64,000 bases of DNA from a virus. Lineage: Duplodnaviria > Caudoviricetes. This document shows, one piece after another, positions 10,872-21,150 of this stretch (the first letter of the stretch is position 1; the number at the start of each line of letters is the position of its first letter). Under the pieces are notes generated by a model. That model saw nothing but the letters and a program-made list of their open reading frames with translations, was not told the origin of the DNA and searched no databases. Both the position numbers and the translations under genes were made by a program. The stretch spans positions 1 through 64,000 of IMG/VR virus record IMGVR_UViG_3300021255_001218; one strand, 5' to 3'.

Positions 10872-13800
10872 TCACCCCCTTTGTATAATAGCACTTTCAC
10901 CAGTAAAGTTACAACCACTCATAGCTTTAATAGTCTTATTAGTAGGACCAGATATGTCAAATTGTGTACTAAAGAGATTTACTATAACTCCAGGAGTAAA
11001 TGTAGGAGTTTCGAAATCTTCTACGATACACGGTAAATCTAACCATACTGGTTCTCCTTCAAGATATACAGATGCTCCATCAAATAATGGATCAAAATCT
11101 AATTTAGTTTCTTCTAACTCTAATACACTTGGAGTTTCGAAATAGTCTTTGATATAAAGAGATCTTACTAATTTAAGCTTACCAGGAATCAAATCTGTTT
11201 TATAAGAAGAAGCTTCTAATTCTGTCTCACCATCTACGATAATATCTACATTTATATCAGTATGGTCTATATCTTCGATCTTACCATCAATTATAGGTTC
11301 ATTTAAAGTCTCTTTATCTATTTCAAGATAACCATCTACATCAGTAGGATCAGCCTTTTCACCAACAGTAAATGTACCTGGTAATATATCACCTTTATAA
11401 TCATTCTTATCATGCTCTATACTACCGTCAATGATATCGGTATCTTGTTTCTCACCATAGAAACCAGTACCATCAATGATATCATCTTTCTCTTCAGATT
11501 TTTCTAATTCGAAACTTCCATGGAATATATTTGTTATAAATAAACCTTCGTATTCTTCGATAATACCATCAATGATATTATCTTCATACTTGTCTATTTT
11601 AGATAATCTACCATATATAAAGTCGTAATTAAGTTTACGTTTATATACCTTCTCAAGATCTAATTTACCATCAATGATATCTATTACGGATATACCTTCA
11701 TATCCTTCGATATTACCGTCGAGTATATCTTCATCATACCCATAAGTATTATAAAGACTACCATGGATAAAGTCATAGACAATCTTACGTTTATATACCC
11801 GTTCGAGATCTAATTTACCATCAATGATATCTACTATAGTTATGCCTTCATATCCTTCAATAGTACCATCAATGATATCTTCATCATACCCATAAGTATT
11901 ATAAAGACTACCGTAAATGAAATCGTAATTAAGTTTACGTTTATATATCTGCTCAAGATCTAATTTACCATCGAGTATATCTACTATGGATATACCTTCA
12001 TATCCTTCGATATTACCGTCGAGTATATCTTCATCATACCCATAAGTATTATAAAGACTACCATGGATAAAGTCATAAGTGAGACTATCATGTTCTATTA
12101 CAGGCTCAGATATGAATTCTAAATTACCCTGTAATATATCTTCAACTATTCCACCTTCATTGATTATACCATTAAGTATATCTTCGGAATAGTTTGTTAA
12201 AGTAAGAGAACCATTTACGATATCACTATTGTATTCTATATCTTCTATTACAGGCTCAGATATGAATTCTAAATTACCCTCAAGTATATCTTCAAAGATA
12301 CCACCTTCATTAATGATACCATTGAGTATATCTTCGGAATAGTTTATTAACGTAAGAGAACCATTGATTATATCATTTTCATATTCTGCATCTTCTATTA
12401 CAGATTCAGATACGAATTCTAACGTACCTTGAATTATATCTTCAACTATTCCACCTTCGTTGATTATACCATTAAGTATATCTTCAGAATAGTTCGTTAA
12501 AGTAAGAGAACCAGATACTATATCACTATTGTATTCTATATCTTCTATTACAGCTTCAGATACAAATTGTAATGTACCTTGTATTATATCTTCGAATACA
12601 GCACCTTCATTGATTATACCATTAAGTATATCTTCAGAATAGTTTATAAGGCATACACTACCATCAATTATAGTAGATTTATGAGTTTCTTGCTCTATTT
12701 CAGTAGAACCTTGAATTATCTCTTCTTCTGTATCAAATTTCTTTAGCTCAGTAGTACCAGTAATAAAGTCATATCCATAGTAATCGTATTCTACATAACC
12801 TTGTGATGGAATATCAAATTTGAAATCATCATTAGGTGCATGCTCTAAAGTTACGTCAATAAGATCTACTACTTCTTTATTACCTACATAACTCTCTCCA
12901 GAGAATAAGATATCAGATTTATATTCTTGCTCTAATATATCTTCTATAGTACCATCAATGATATATTCATCTAAGTCATAAGCCCAGATTAAACTACCAT
13001 TGATTATATCATTACTATAGGTATCATTAATACAATGCTCTAAACTACCATCAATGATATCTATATCAATATCTTCGATTAAATCGAATTCACCATTGAT
13101 GATATCATAATTACCTAACTCACCTATATCAAGAATACCATCTATGATAGTATCATCATAGCTGAATACGTAACTTAATTCACCATCAAGTATATCTTCG
13201 TCATAATCTTCTATTAATGTAGCATCACCATGTATGATATACCAAACATTGTATTTTTCATTATCAAGATCACCTGTAATGATATCTTCATCTACATACC
13301 CAATCTCTAATTCTATTTCACCTTGGATTATAAGATCTACATCTAATTGGAGATTGAGATAGTTATTACTAAGTATATCATTATTATACTCTTCAGTCTC
13401 AGTTTCTAAACTACCATCAATAAGATCATCTATTTCTTTTTCACCAAAATAACCTTCTGATGGTAAATCTGTATTAGAAGTCTCATAATCTAATGATAAA
13501 GAACCATTAGGTATACTATCCCAATAATAATCAGATATTTCTAACTCTACATTAGAAGGTACGTCTATAGATTCTTCATATCCTTCTAGATTTAACGTAG
13601 AAGGAATATTGAAGTTATATTCTACGTCACCTTCATGCTCTAAAGTACCATCTAATAAATCAGTAGAGTATCCTTCTGGTGCTTCTGGTTCCAAAGTACC
13701 TTCAATAAGGTATTGGTCTATACGATTTACTAACCATAAATCCATTACACCATCTGGTATAATATCTTCTACTACTTTTCCAGTATACTCTAATTCTACA

Positions 13801-14456
13801 GTAGCATTAGGTAATACATCTTCTTCTAATATATCGAGATCATAATCTAATTCACCAGATATTAAGTCTTCTACAACTTCTCCTTCTGGTTCAAGATTTA
13901 CACTACCAGTTATTATATCTTCATCTAAGAAGAATGTAACAGCTAATTTACCTGGAAGTATATCATCTTCCAGTATACTTATATCGTAATCAAGCTCACC
14001 ATCTAATATATACTCTGTATAATTATCTCCCTCGAACTCTAAATTACCATTAGCTAATAGAGTTTCAAGAATATCGAGATATTCTGTAATAGTACCATCT
14101 AAAATATCTTCTTCATACTCTTCTATTTTAGTCATCTTACCATATATAAAATCATAGGTAAGATTATTTCCATCTATTACAGGTTCAGAAGCAAATTGTA
14201 ATCTACCTTGAAGTATAACTTCAGAGTATCCACCTTCATTGATTAAACCTGTAATAATATCAGAAGAGAATGGAACTATTAAAAAGGTACTACCATCAAG
14301 CATATCATCTTCCACTACTTCTAAATCTATCTCTAGAGAGCCTGGAAGAATGTCTTTATCGTAGTCTTGAGGAACTGGCTCATATACAGTTACTGAACCA
14401 ATATAATCAGCTTTCCATCTACCACCTGGTCTTACAGGAACCGGTACTGTCGACAT
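10872..14456 (-). CDS. very acidic repeat-rich protein (DIIDG repeats), probably virion-associated
   Basis: dozens of [D/E]D[I/L][I/L]xGx[L/I] units across 1194 aa; co-oriented with structural genes. Confidence 0.55.
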   Translation of the reverse strand: MSTVPVPVRPGGRWKADYIGSVTVYEPVPQDYDKDILPGSLEIDLEVVEDDMLDGSTFLIVPFSSDIITGLINEGGYSEVILQGRLQFASEPVIDGNNLTYDFIYGKMTKIEEYEEDILDGTITEYLDILETLLANGNLEFEGDNYTEYILDGELDYDISILEDDILPGKLAVTFFLDEDIITGSVNLEPEGEVVEDLISGELDYDLDILEEDVLPNATVELEYTGKVVEDIIPDGVMDLWLVNRIDQYLIEGTLEPEAPEGYSTDLLDGTLEHEGDVEYNFNIPSTLNLEGYEESIDVPSNVELEISDYYWDSIPNGSLSLDYETSNTDLPSEGYFGEKEIDDLIDGSLETETEEYNNDILSNNYLNLQLDVDLIIQGEIELEIGYVDEDIITGDLDNEKYNVWYIIHGDATLIEDYDEDILDGELSYVFSYDDTIIDGILDIGELGNYDIINGEFDLIEDIDIDIIDGSLEHCINDTYSNDIINGSLIWAYDLDEYIIDGTIEDILEQEYKSDILFSGESYVGNKEVVDLIDVTLEHAPNDDFKFDIPSQGYVEYDYYGYDFITGTTELKKFDTEEEIIQGSTEIEQETHKSTIIDGSVCLINYSEDILNGIINEGAVFEDIIQGTLQFVSEAVIEDIEYNSDIVSGSLTLTNYSEDILNGIINEGGIVEDIIQGTLEFVSESVIEDAEYENDIINGSLTLINYSEDILNGIINEGGIFEDILEGNLEFISEPVIEDIEYNSDIVNGSLTLTNYSEDILNGIINEGGIVEDILQGNLEFISEPVIEHDSLTYDFIHGSLYNTYGYDEDILDGNIEGYEGISIVDILDGKLDLEQIYKRKLNYDFIYGSLYNTYGYDEDIIDGTIEGYEGITIVDIIDGKLDLERVYKRKIVYDFIHGSLYNTYGYDEDILDGNIEGYEGISVIDIIDGKLDLEKVYKRKLNYDFIYGRLSKIDKYEDNIIDGIIEEYEGLFITNIFHGSFELEKSEEKDDIIDGTGFYGEKQDTDIIDGSIEHDKNDYKGDILPGTFTVGEKADPTDVDGYLEIDKETLNEPIIDGKIEDIDHTDINVDIIVDGETELEASSYKTDLIPGKLKLVRSLYIKDYFETPSVLELEETKLDFDPLFDGASVYLEGEPVWLDLPCIVEDFETPTFTPGVIVNLFSTQFDISGPTNKTIKAMSGCNFTGESAIIQRG
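11580..12080 (-). repeat. 150-bp coding tandem repeat (about 3 copies, 50-aa unit YDFIHGSLYNTYGYDEDILDG...)
   Basis: TCATCATACCCATAAGTATT recurs at 11731, 11881 and 12031. Confidence 0.9.
12085..12660 (-). repeat. second 150-bp coding tandem repeat (about 4 copies, 50-aa unit NYSEDILNGIINEG...)
   Basis: TCTTC[G/A]GAATAGTT recurs at 12181, 12331, 12481 and 12631. Confidence 0.9.
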
Positions 14457-14500
14457 AACTTAATGGTCACCTCCTTCCACATATACTATTACATTACTTA

Positions 14501-15496
14501 TTATACAATATTATCGAGCATATTAATAATTGCTTTAGAGTATTGAACCATATCTACTTTACAAACGTTTTCTATAGTTCTCTGATTGTTTAAGAAAGCA
14601 CCTATATATGCATCAGTCATCATAGCAGAGAAAGCAGGTAAATATTCCATACCAAATACTGTACCAGGGCCAAATTGATGCATCCATCTTTCTACAACTA
14701 CGTCTTCAGTAATAGCTTTATTAAAATGCATTACAGTACGCATTGCACGAATAAAAGATTTAAGATCCCTATATGGATCTGTATCTTTTTCTGGTACACC
14801 TTTTACATGAGTAGCTTTATCCATAAGAATATTAATCATATTAGCTTCTCGAGTATTAATATCCGATATAGTAGACGCAGCTATAGTAGCTCTTTCATCA
14901 CTATAATTAAGGAAATATCTATAGAAAAACATTGCCGTGAGATATAATACTTTAGCCTTATTAGTTTCCTGAATACTTACCTTTACAAGATAATCTATTA
15001 CATAAGTAAAGCACTTAGCATAACATTTAGCCATATCTTGTATAAGAGTAGAACGAGATAAAATCTTTTGTGGTAATTTATGATATACCATAGTAACACC
15101 AGCATTGATAAGATGAGAAATCAATGCACTTTCGTTTACTATAAGATCTGAAGACTTTTTACTCTTAGTAATTACATTAGTACAATCAATAAATATCTTA
15201 AGCTTCTTATCTCCAGTTTTTATATCTTTAGCACAAAATACTTTAAATGCACGAGGCATAGGATCATCGCAATCTAATAATACTACATTTGTACTATTAA
15301 GAATCCGTACCAAACTTTCTGATACACGAGTACGTTTAATCTCATATATTACATCTTGGAATGCATCAGTTTTCTTATCTATTACGGGGTCATTCATAAT
15401 AGCACTGGTGATTCTTTTTGTATATAATGGGTATTTGGAATATAAATACGTATCACTATAAGACTTAAGATCAAGTGGCTTATTGTTATCAATCAT
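14501..15496 (-). CDS. hypothetical protein, likely virion component
   Basis: ORF 14501..15532; ATG at 15496 has a GGGAGG RBS; late-type motif at 15535..15546. Confidence 0.55.
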   Translation of the reverse strand: MIDNNKPLDLKSYSDTYLYSKYPLYTKRITSAIMNDPVIDKKTDAFQDVIYEIKRTRVSESLVRILNSTNVVLLDCDDPMPRAFKVFCAKDIKTGDKKLKIFIDCTNVITKSKKSSDLIVNESALISHLINAGVTMVYHKLPQKILSRSTLIQDMAKCYAKCFTYVIDYLVKVSIQETNKAKVLYLTAMFFYRYFLNYSDERATIAASTISDINTREANMINILMDKATHVKGVPEKDTDPYRDLKSFIRAMRTVMHFNKAITEDVVVERWMHQFGPGTVFGMEYLPAFSAMMTDAYIGAFLNNQRTIENVCKVDMVQYSKAIINMLDNIV

Positions 15497-15534
15497 ATCA
15501 AGATCCTCCCTTAAAGATAATAAAATCATCATCT

Positions 15535-15593
15535 TAATCTGATGTCTTGGGCTGGGATTTATATAAACTTAGTACGGTAAAAACAGATTTATA
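15535..15593. promoter_or_regulatory. divergent pair of late-type promoters ([A/G]ACA-N6-TA)
   Basis: GACA-TCAGAT-TA on minus (15546..15535) and AACA-GATTTA-TA on plus (15582..15593). Confidence 0.55.
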
Positions 15594-15627
15594 AGGATAA
15601 CAAGAAAATCTTATGAGGTGATTTGTT

Positions 15628-16368
15628 TTGATAAATGAGGTAGATTTGAGATCGTTAAATCTTAAAAATATCATAGAAGAAAGCCCTTATCAATATAAGA
15701 ATAGAAATGTTGCAAGAGTTACTAGCATACTTAGTAAAATGATATCAGAAGAGAATTATATTTATTGGGCAAATAGATTAGGATTAGATGGAGAAAAATA
15801 CTCCCAGGTTATGAAGTATTATCAAGATTTTGGTACTGCTACTCATTATGGTATAGAGTGTTTTCTTAAGAATGAACCTGTACCACAAGATACTCCTTTA
15901 TTTCCATTTACTCAATTTATGGAATGGTGGAGTAAGCTTAATAAAGACTATAAAGAAGTAAAAGTATTAGGGCAAGAAGAAGAGTTAGTTGGTCCTTATT
16001 ATGGTGGTAAATATGACTTAATGATGAGTGTAGATAATAAAGTATGGTTAGTAGATTTCAAAACTTCTTCTAAGGTTACTTATAAATACTTTTTGCAATT
16101 AGCTGCTTATACTACATTATTAGAATCAATGAATAGAAGAGTTGATGGATTATTAGTATTACAACTTCCAAGAAATGATAATGCTAAATATAAAGAGTAT
16201 TATTTGGATAGGTCTTATCAACCTCATGAAGAGTATCTTAATATGTGTAAACGTACTTTTGAGTCTATGGTATATACCTATTATCATACTATTAGATTAG
16301 AAGAGGAGTTTAAGAATGAATGGGTTAAAAATATTTCTAGAGAAGTACGATCCAGTCAGAGTAAATGA
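15628..16368 (+). CDS. PD-(D/E)XK exonuclease
   Basis: VTSILS, GTATH, E-x-GKYD...VDFKTS...QLAAY motifs. Confidence 0.85.
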   Translation: MINEVDLRSLNLKNIIEESPYQYKNRNVARVTSILSKMISEENYIYWANRLGLDGEKYSQVMKYYQDFGTATHYGIECFLKNEPVPQDTPLFPFTQFMEWWSKLNKDYKEVKVLGQEEELVGPYYGGKYDLMMSVDNKVWLVDFKTSSKVTYKYFLQLAAYTTLLESMNRRVDGLLVLQLPRNDNAKYKEYYLDRSYQPHEEYLNMCKRTFESMVYTYYHTIRLEEEFKNEWVKNISREVRSSQSK

Positions 16369-17098
16369 TATTTTATATAGTATTTTGAATATGCACTATA
16401 AAAACTGCTCTAAAGAAACTAATAAGATTGTAAGTAAATTAAGAGCATGGTGGATAAGAAAAGTTACTTATCCATTATTACAAAGAAAAGTGGATAAAAT
16501 AAATACTTATGCTATAAATCTTGTAGTAAACCATCCAGAGACTTTTGTAATGGTAATATCACGTTATATCTGCTATATGATAAACCATTGTAAAATGTTT
16601 AATGTAACTTTTAAAGAATTGGTTAAAATCTTATTTAATGATGAAACCATTACTTTGAATATGGAGTTAGAAGATTTAGCAAATAATAATGGTAAGCAGA
16701 TAAAGGCTTTTGATCTTATAGTAAAGGGAAATATACCATTACCAATAAAAGTAGAAGATAAGAAAGAAAAGTTTTCGGTTACTACACTAAATGCTGATAT
16801 GGAAAATAAGATTTTCTCTATATCACAAATTGGATATGATACCAATAGTAAAGATGATTATTCTACAAGTAGAATTTTATATAAAAAGAATTTCGAATTA
16901 CGTGGAGATATGAAACTACATAATCCGAACTATTTATTGGATAGTAGTATTAAGGACGAAGATAATATGTGTTTCGTATTTATGATATGCCACATAATGT
17001 CGGTATTTTGCAATATATTACAAGGTACTACACTTATAGATTTAGATAAGATGGAAAAAGAGGTTGAAGATAAACAAAATAAAAAAGAAGAGGTTTAA
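16316..17098 (+). CDS. hypothetical protein
   Basis: 260-aa ORF with GAGGAG RBS. Confidence 0.6.
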   Translation: MNGLKIFLEKYDPVRVNDILYSILNMHYKNCSKETNKIVSKLRAWWIRKVTYPLLQRKVDKINTYAINLVVNHPETFVMVISRYICYMINHCKMFNVTFKELVKILFNDETITLNMELEDLANNNGKQIKAFDLIVKGNIPLPIKVEDKKEKFSVTTLNADMENKIFSISQIGYDTNSKDDYSTSRILYKKNFELRGDMKLHNPNYLLDSSIKDEDNMCFVFMICHIMSVFCNILQGTTLIDLDKMEKEVEDKQNKKEEV

Positions 17099-17113
17099 CT
17101 AACCTCTTCTTTT
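17083..17113. terminator. intrinsic terminator
   Basis: AAAAGAAGAGGTT-taact-AACCTCTTCTTTT. Confidence 0.7.
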
Positions 17114-17128
17114 AATATTTCTGTAGAT

Positions 17129-17145
17129 TATATACTATAAAAGTG
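17129..17145 (+). promoter_or_regulatory. early-type promoter TATATACTATA-N4-TG
   Basis: motif recurs at about 13 intergenic sites. Confidence 0.65.
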
Positions 17146-17163
17146 AGAGGTGAATAACTTAGT

Positions 17164-18306
17164 ATGGATATTGTTGTTAGAGAAAAACCACAGACTTTAT
17201 TTGTAGAAGCCCATATTGCAGATATACATTTTGGAGTAATAGATCCAGCTACAGAATTTAAGATACTTAAAGAGCAATTCTTGGATTATATATATCAAAT
17301 GCAAGTTTTAGATATAGTATCTATAAATGGTGATATATTTCACCATAAATTTATAGCATCTTCTGATGCAGTTATGTATGCAATGTATTTTATGAGAGCT
17401 TTATTGGATATATGTAGAGCTAAAGGTGCTACTGTTATATTAATTAGCGGTACAGCATCTCATGATTCTGACCAAATAAAAATGTTTTATCCGTTTACTG
17501 AATCTTATGATTTACGAATAATAAACTATACTCAGTTTATTTATGTAAAGGGTAAGAGAATCTTATGTATTCCAGAAGAGTATAATAAGGGAGAAGAATA
17601 TTATAATAGATTTTTAGTATATGGAGGTTTATATGACTCTTGCTATATGCATGGGACTTATAAAGGCTCAATTTATGGGAAAAATTTACATGATCTGAAT
17701 TCCAATAGAGAACCTGTGTTCGATATTATGGATTTCAGTTCATGTAAAGGTCCCGTAATTTCGGGTCACGTGCATATATTTAATAACTACAACGACGAAT
17801 TTTTTTACTGTGGATCGCCTATTAGATGGTGTTTTGGAGAAGAAAGAGATAAAGGATTCCTTATACTTCTTCATAATATAGAGACTCGTAAATATAAAGT
17901 TCATCTAGAAAAGATACACTCTTTTAGATATGAGACTATACGATTATCTGATTTAATAGGTCAAGACCCTAATACGATAATACAATATATCCATCAGGTA
18001 AAATCTTTAGGTATAGATTATCTTAGAATTATATTTACTATAAATGACTCTGATAAGATAGCAATGCTTAAATCTTATTATCGTAATAGACCTGATATAC
18101 GTATCGAGTGCGATTTTGAGAAACAACAAATAGAAAATGAATTAAATAAAATGGAAGAAGAGAATAGATCTAAAGTAGCCTATTTAGTAGATCCTAATCT
18201 TAGTCCAGAAGAAAAGTTGGTGCAGTATATGAATACTAATGAAGGGAATTCCTATTGGTCAGTTGACCTTCTTCAGAAGTTTATGGAAGATATCAAAAGA
18301 CTATAA
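17164..18306 (+). CDS. sbcD: SbcD/Mre11-like metallophosphoesterase nuclease
   Basis: ADIHFG, GDIFH, GTASHD, MHG, SGHVH, YCGS motifs. Confidence 0.85.
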   Translation: MDIVVREKPQTLFVEAHIADIHFGVIDPATEFKILKEQFLDYIYQMQVLDIVSINGDIFHHKFIASSDAVMYAMYFMRALLDICRAKGATVILISGTASHDSDQIKMFYPFTESYDLRIINYTQFIYVKGKRILCIPEEYNKGEEYYNRFLVYGGLYDSCYMHGTYKGSIYGKNLHDLNSNREPVFDIMDFSSCKGPVISGHVHIFNNYNDEFFYCGSPIRWCFGEERDKGFLILLHNIETRKYKVHLEKIHSFRYETIRLSDLIGQDPNTIIQYIHQVKSLGIDYLRIIFTINDSDKIAMLKSYYRNRPDIRIECDFEKQQIENELNKMEEENRSKVAYLVDPNLSPEEKLVQYMNTNEGNSYWSVDLLQKFMEDIKRL

Positions 18307-18348
18307 TATCGAGACATTTTAGTACAACTTAAAGAAGAAGGTAGCAAT

Positions 18349-20172
18349 ATGGATTATAAAAAAAGAGGTAATAAATATTTACCTAGAAAATCTCAAGCGA
18401 ATAATACCATTGGTGGTGTTCCAATGGTATATGGGTTAGATAATAGCTTATTAAATCTTTATGCATCTTATCTTTTAAGCTCTAATAAATCTGTGCATAG
18501 GTATACGGTAAATAATATGCGTAAACTTATGTTTACGATTAATGAATCTAGCTTTAATGATCAATACCTTATATTGAAATTTCATTTTATTAGAAATGCA
18601 TTAGAAGCTAAAGAGAAAGGGCTTAATAAAGACCTATTAATATCCGATGTATCTCGTAAAATGGATATATCTCCATTTCTTCAAGATCAAGATTTTATAA
18701 GAGAGATTAGTAATGATGAAGTAAAATATGTAGAAGAGACTTTAGCCACATTCTTAGATACTGTAACTCTCGATACTAATCTAGATACTTTGTTTAAGTG
18801 CTATGAAGAGTATAGTAAGGTTAAGAATCCACTAGATAAAAGAAAATATCTTGAAGTATTGAAATCACGATTTAAAGATATGAATACAGAGTTTAGAAAG
18901 AATAATACTAGTGGATATGATAGTAGCAATGTATTTAGACTATCTGCATTAGAAGACTCTGCTGAAGATATACACCATTATATATCCGATCCATCATTTA
19001 TGTTGGTTACAGGTATGCAGGGTATGAATGGATTCTTAGGTGGTGGGTTTCAAAAGGATAGACTTTATTGTTTCTTTGGTATGTCTGGTGAAGGTAAGAC
19101 GGTTACTATGGTTAATCTACTTTATCAGACTTGGAAATATAATAAAGGATTTAAGACTAATGATCCTACTAAGAAACCTGTACTTATATTGCTTACTATG
19201 GAGAATTTGGTAATAGAGTATGTATGCTCGCTGTTCCATGTAATTACCCATGGTAAGAATATAAAGAATTGCTCTAGTGCAGAAGAAGTAATCCAAGAGT
19301 TTAGAGATAGAAAATTTGAATATTCTGAGGAAGGTGACATTGAACTTTATATCGAATTCCAGCCTGTATTTGCTAAAGATACGTCTTATCTGTATGAAAT
19401 GACTGAAAGATTGGCAGATGAAGGATTTGAATGTATCGGATTCTTTATGGATTACATTATGCGTATTAAGCCGATTGATTATACTCATGATGCATATACA
19501 GATTTGGGTAATGTAGCTAATGACTTTAAGAACTATAGTATGTATTATCACGTACCGTTTATTACTTGTTCCCAACTTAATAGAGATGCCGCTAAGATTA
19601 TAGATGAAGGTAGATCTAGAAATCAGAATGATATCATTCGTAAATTGGGAAGATGTAATATTGGCGACTCAGTGAATATAGATAGAAATATTGATTGTAG
19701 TATCATACTAGTTCCAGAAGTATCAGCTACTGGTATAAGGTATATGTCGTTTATGCTTACTAAGCATAGATATGAAATCTTTACTAATAAGCTAGTTATC
19801 TTCCAACCAATGTATGAAGGTTCCTATATTGCTATGGTAGAAGATATATATGACCATGTACCTGCATTTAAAGAAACTCTTGCTAGAGATACAGAGGATA
19901 TTAGAGAAGCATTTGGTGATGTAGAACGAGTATCTATAAATAATACTATCAAATCTCTTACTGAAATGAGTTCGTCTAAAGATATGATGACTCCTGGTAT
20001 AATGACTACACCTAAAGCAATAGCTCCTCCTAAACCTGAGGAAGATATTAAGGTAGAGATGCCTGTAGCTAGATTAGTTAATAAACTTGAAATAGTTACA
20101 GTAATACCACCAGAAAAGAGAGAAGAGATGAGAAAAGTATTATTCCCAGATTATGAAAAATTGCATGCATAA
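18349..20172 (+). CDS. DnaB-like replicative helicase
   Basis: Walker A GMSGEGKT, TMEN, DYI, SQLNR. Confidence 0.85.
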   Translation: MDYKKRGNKYLPRKSQANNTIGGVPMVYGLDNSLLNLYASYLLSSNKSVHRYTVNNMRKLMFTINESSFNDQYLILKFHFIRNALEAKEKGLNKDLLISDVSRKMDISPFLQDQDFIREISNDEVKYVEETLATFLDTVTLDTNLDTLFKCYEEYSKVKNPLDKRKYLEVLKSRFKDMNTEFRKNNTSGYDSSNVFRLSALEDSAEDIHHYISDPSFMLVTGMQGMNGFLGGGFQKDRLYCFFGMSGEGKTVTMVNLLYQTWKYNKGFKTNDPTKKPVLILLTMENLVIEYVCSLFHVITHGKNIKNCSSAEEVIQEFRDRKFEYSEEGDIELYIEFQPVFAKDTSYLYEMTERLADEGFECIGFFMDYIMRIKPIDYTHDAYTDLGNVANDFKNYSMYYHVPFITCSQLNRDAAKIIDEGRSRNQNDIIRKLGRCNIGDSVNIDRNIDCSIILVPEVSATGIRYMSFMLTKHRYEIFTNKLVIFQPMYEGSYIAMVEDIYDHVPAFKETLARDTEDIREAFGDVERVSINNTIKSLTEMSSSKDMMTPGIMTTPKAIAPPKPEEDIKVEMPVARLVNKLEIVTVIPPEKREEMRKVLFPDYEKLHA

Positions 20173-20183
20173 AAAAATTTTGA

Positions 20184-20206
20184 TGGTACGGGTTAATCCC
20201 GTACCA
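20184..20206. terminator. bidirectional hairpin between convergent genes
   Basis: TGGTACGGG-ttaat-CCCGTACCA. Confidence 0.75.
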
Positions 20207-20209
20207 CCA

Positions 20210-20692
20210 TTATTTAAAGATTTTAATCTCATCATCTCTCGTAACATTATTATGTTTGTAGTTATAACTATCTATTGCGTATTTATTTGCATTATAGATA
20301 GTATCTAAACTCTCTCTCATTACTTTAGGTTCTAGTAATCTAAGTTTCTTTTTATCTAATGTAAATTCATGCACATCTGCAATATCATTTATCTTCAATA
20401 TAACCCAATAAAGTTCTGTAGTTTTATATAACTTATACGATAACTTTTTAGGGTTATACATATAATCTTCAGCTTCTTCAGATGTGATATTTACATTAAC
20501 TGATAACTCTTTTAATTCAGCTAGATAATCATCTAGTATATTGCTTACTATGAGTTCACTACCATTTACGATTTCTTTAAAAGAAAACATACCATAATGA
20601 TTAGCTCTATCTAAACTTTGGCCTATAGCAATAAATTCATTTAGTGTATGGCAATCTTCTGGTGCTTCTGTACCCCTTGTATTAATAGCCAT
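20210..20692 (-). CDS. baseplate wedge protein (T4 gp53/LysM-like)
   Basis: PKKLSYKLYKTTELYWVILKIN motif. Confidence 0.7.
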   Translation of the reverse strand: MAINTRGTEAPEDCHTLNEFIAIGQSLDRANHYGMFSFKEIVNGSELIVSNILDDYLAELKELSVNVNITSEEAEDYMYNPKKLSYKLYKTTELYWVILKINDIADVHEFTLDKKKLRLLEPKVMRESLDTIYNANKYAIDSYNYKHNNVTRDDEIKIFK

Positions 20693-21063
20693 TAGGAATC
20701 CATCCTTCCTGTTATATAAGGTTTGGTAATATCACCATTCTTAAAAGAGATTGTGAATCTAGTTCCTATAGGGATATATTTTTTGGGATAATCCCTAGTG
20801 AATTCTATAGATAATGGTAATACTAAAGCTGATGCTCTATCAACATTTGATCTACTCATAAAAGGAGTCTTGTCTTTGTTAAGTAAAAAACTTGTAGAGA
20901 ATTTCTCAGTAGTAATACTCTTACTATTTTCTTGTAATCCTGTTAATGCTTGTAGTTTAAAAACTTGATTTCCAGGATGGTATTTATCCACTTTATCATC
21001 AAGTAATATAGCGATATCATCTGAAATATGAGATGTATTATCAACCATTCCCATAAGGTTCAA
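20692..21063 (-). CDS. putative baseplate hub/spike protein (gp5 OB-fold-like)
   Basis: C-terminal IPIGTRFTISFKNGDITKPYITG resembles gp5/VgrG OB-fold ends; next to the gp53-like gene. Confidence 0.45.
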   Translation of the reverse strand: MNLMGMVDNTSHISDDIAILLDDKVDKYHPGNQVFKLQALTGLQENSKSITTEKFSTSFLLNKDKTPFMSRSNVDRASALVLPLSIEFTRDYPKKYIPIGTRFTISFKNGDITKPYITGRMDS

Positions 21064-21076
21064 CCCCCTTTCATAT

Positions 21077-21120
21077 TACTCTGGTGTTAAAAATGGCATA
21101 AAGTATATACTATAAAAGTG
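21077..21120. promoter_or_regulatory. divergent late (minus) and early (plus) promoters
   Basis: AACA-CCAGAG-TA on minus (21088..21077); TATATACTATA-AAAG-TG on plus (21104..21120). Confidence 0.6.
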
Positions 21121-21150
21121 TATAGATAAATTATTAGGAGGAATTTAAAA

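Noticed and set aside
11580-12660. CRISPR array or DGR template/variable repeats
   Set aside because: In-frame 150-bp coding repeats without unique spacers; differences are not adenine-specific; no cas or reverse transcriptase gene
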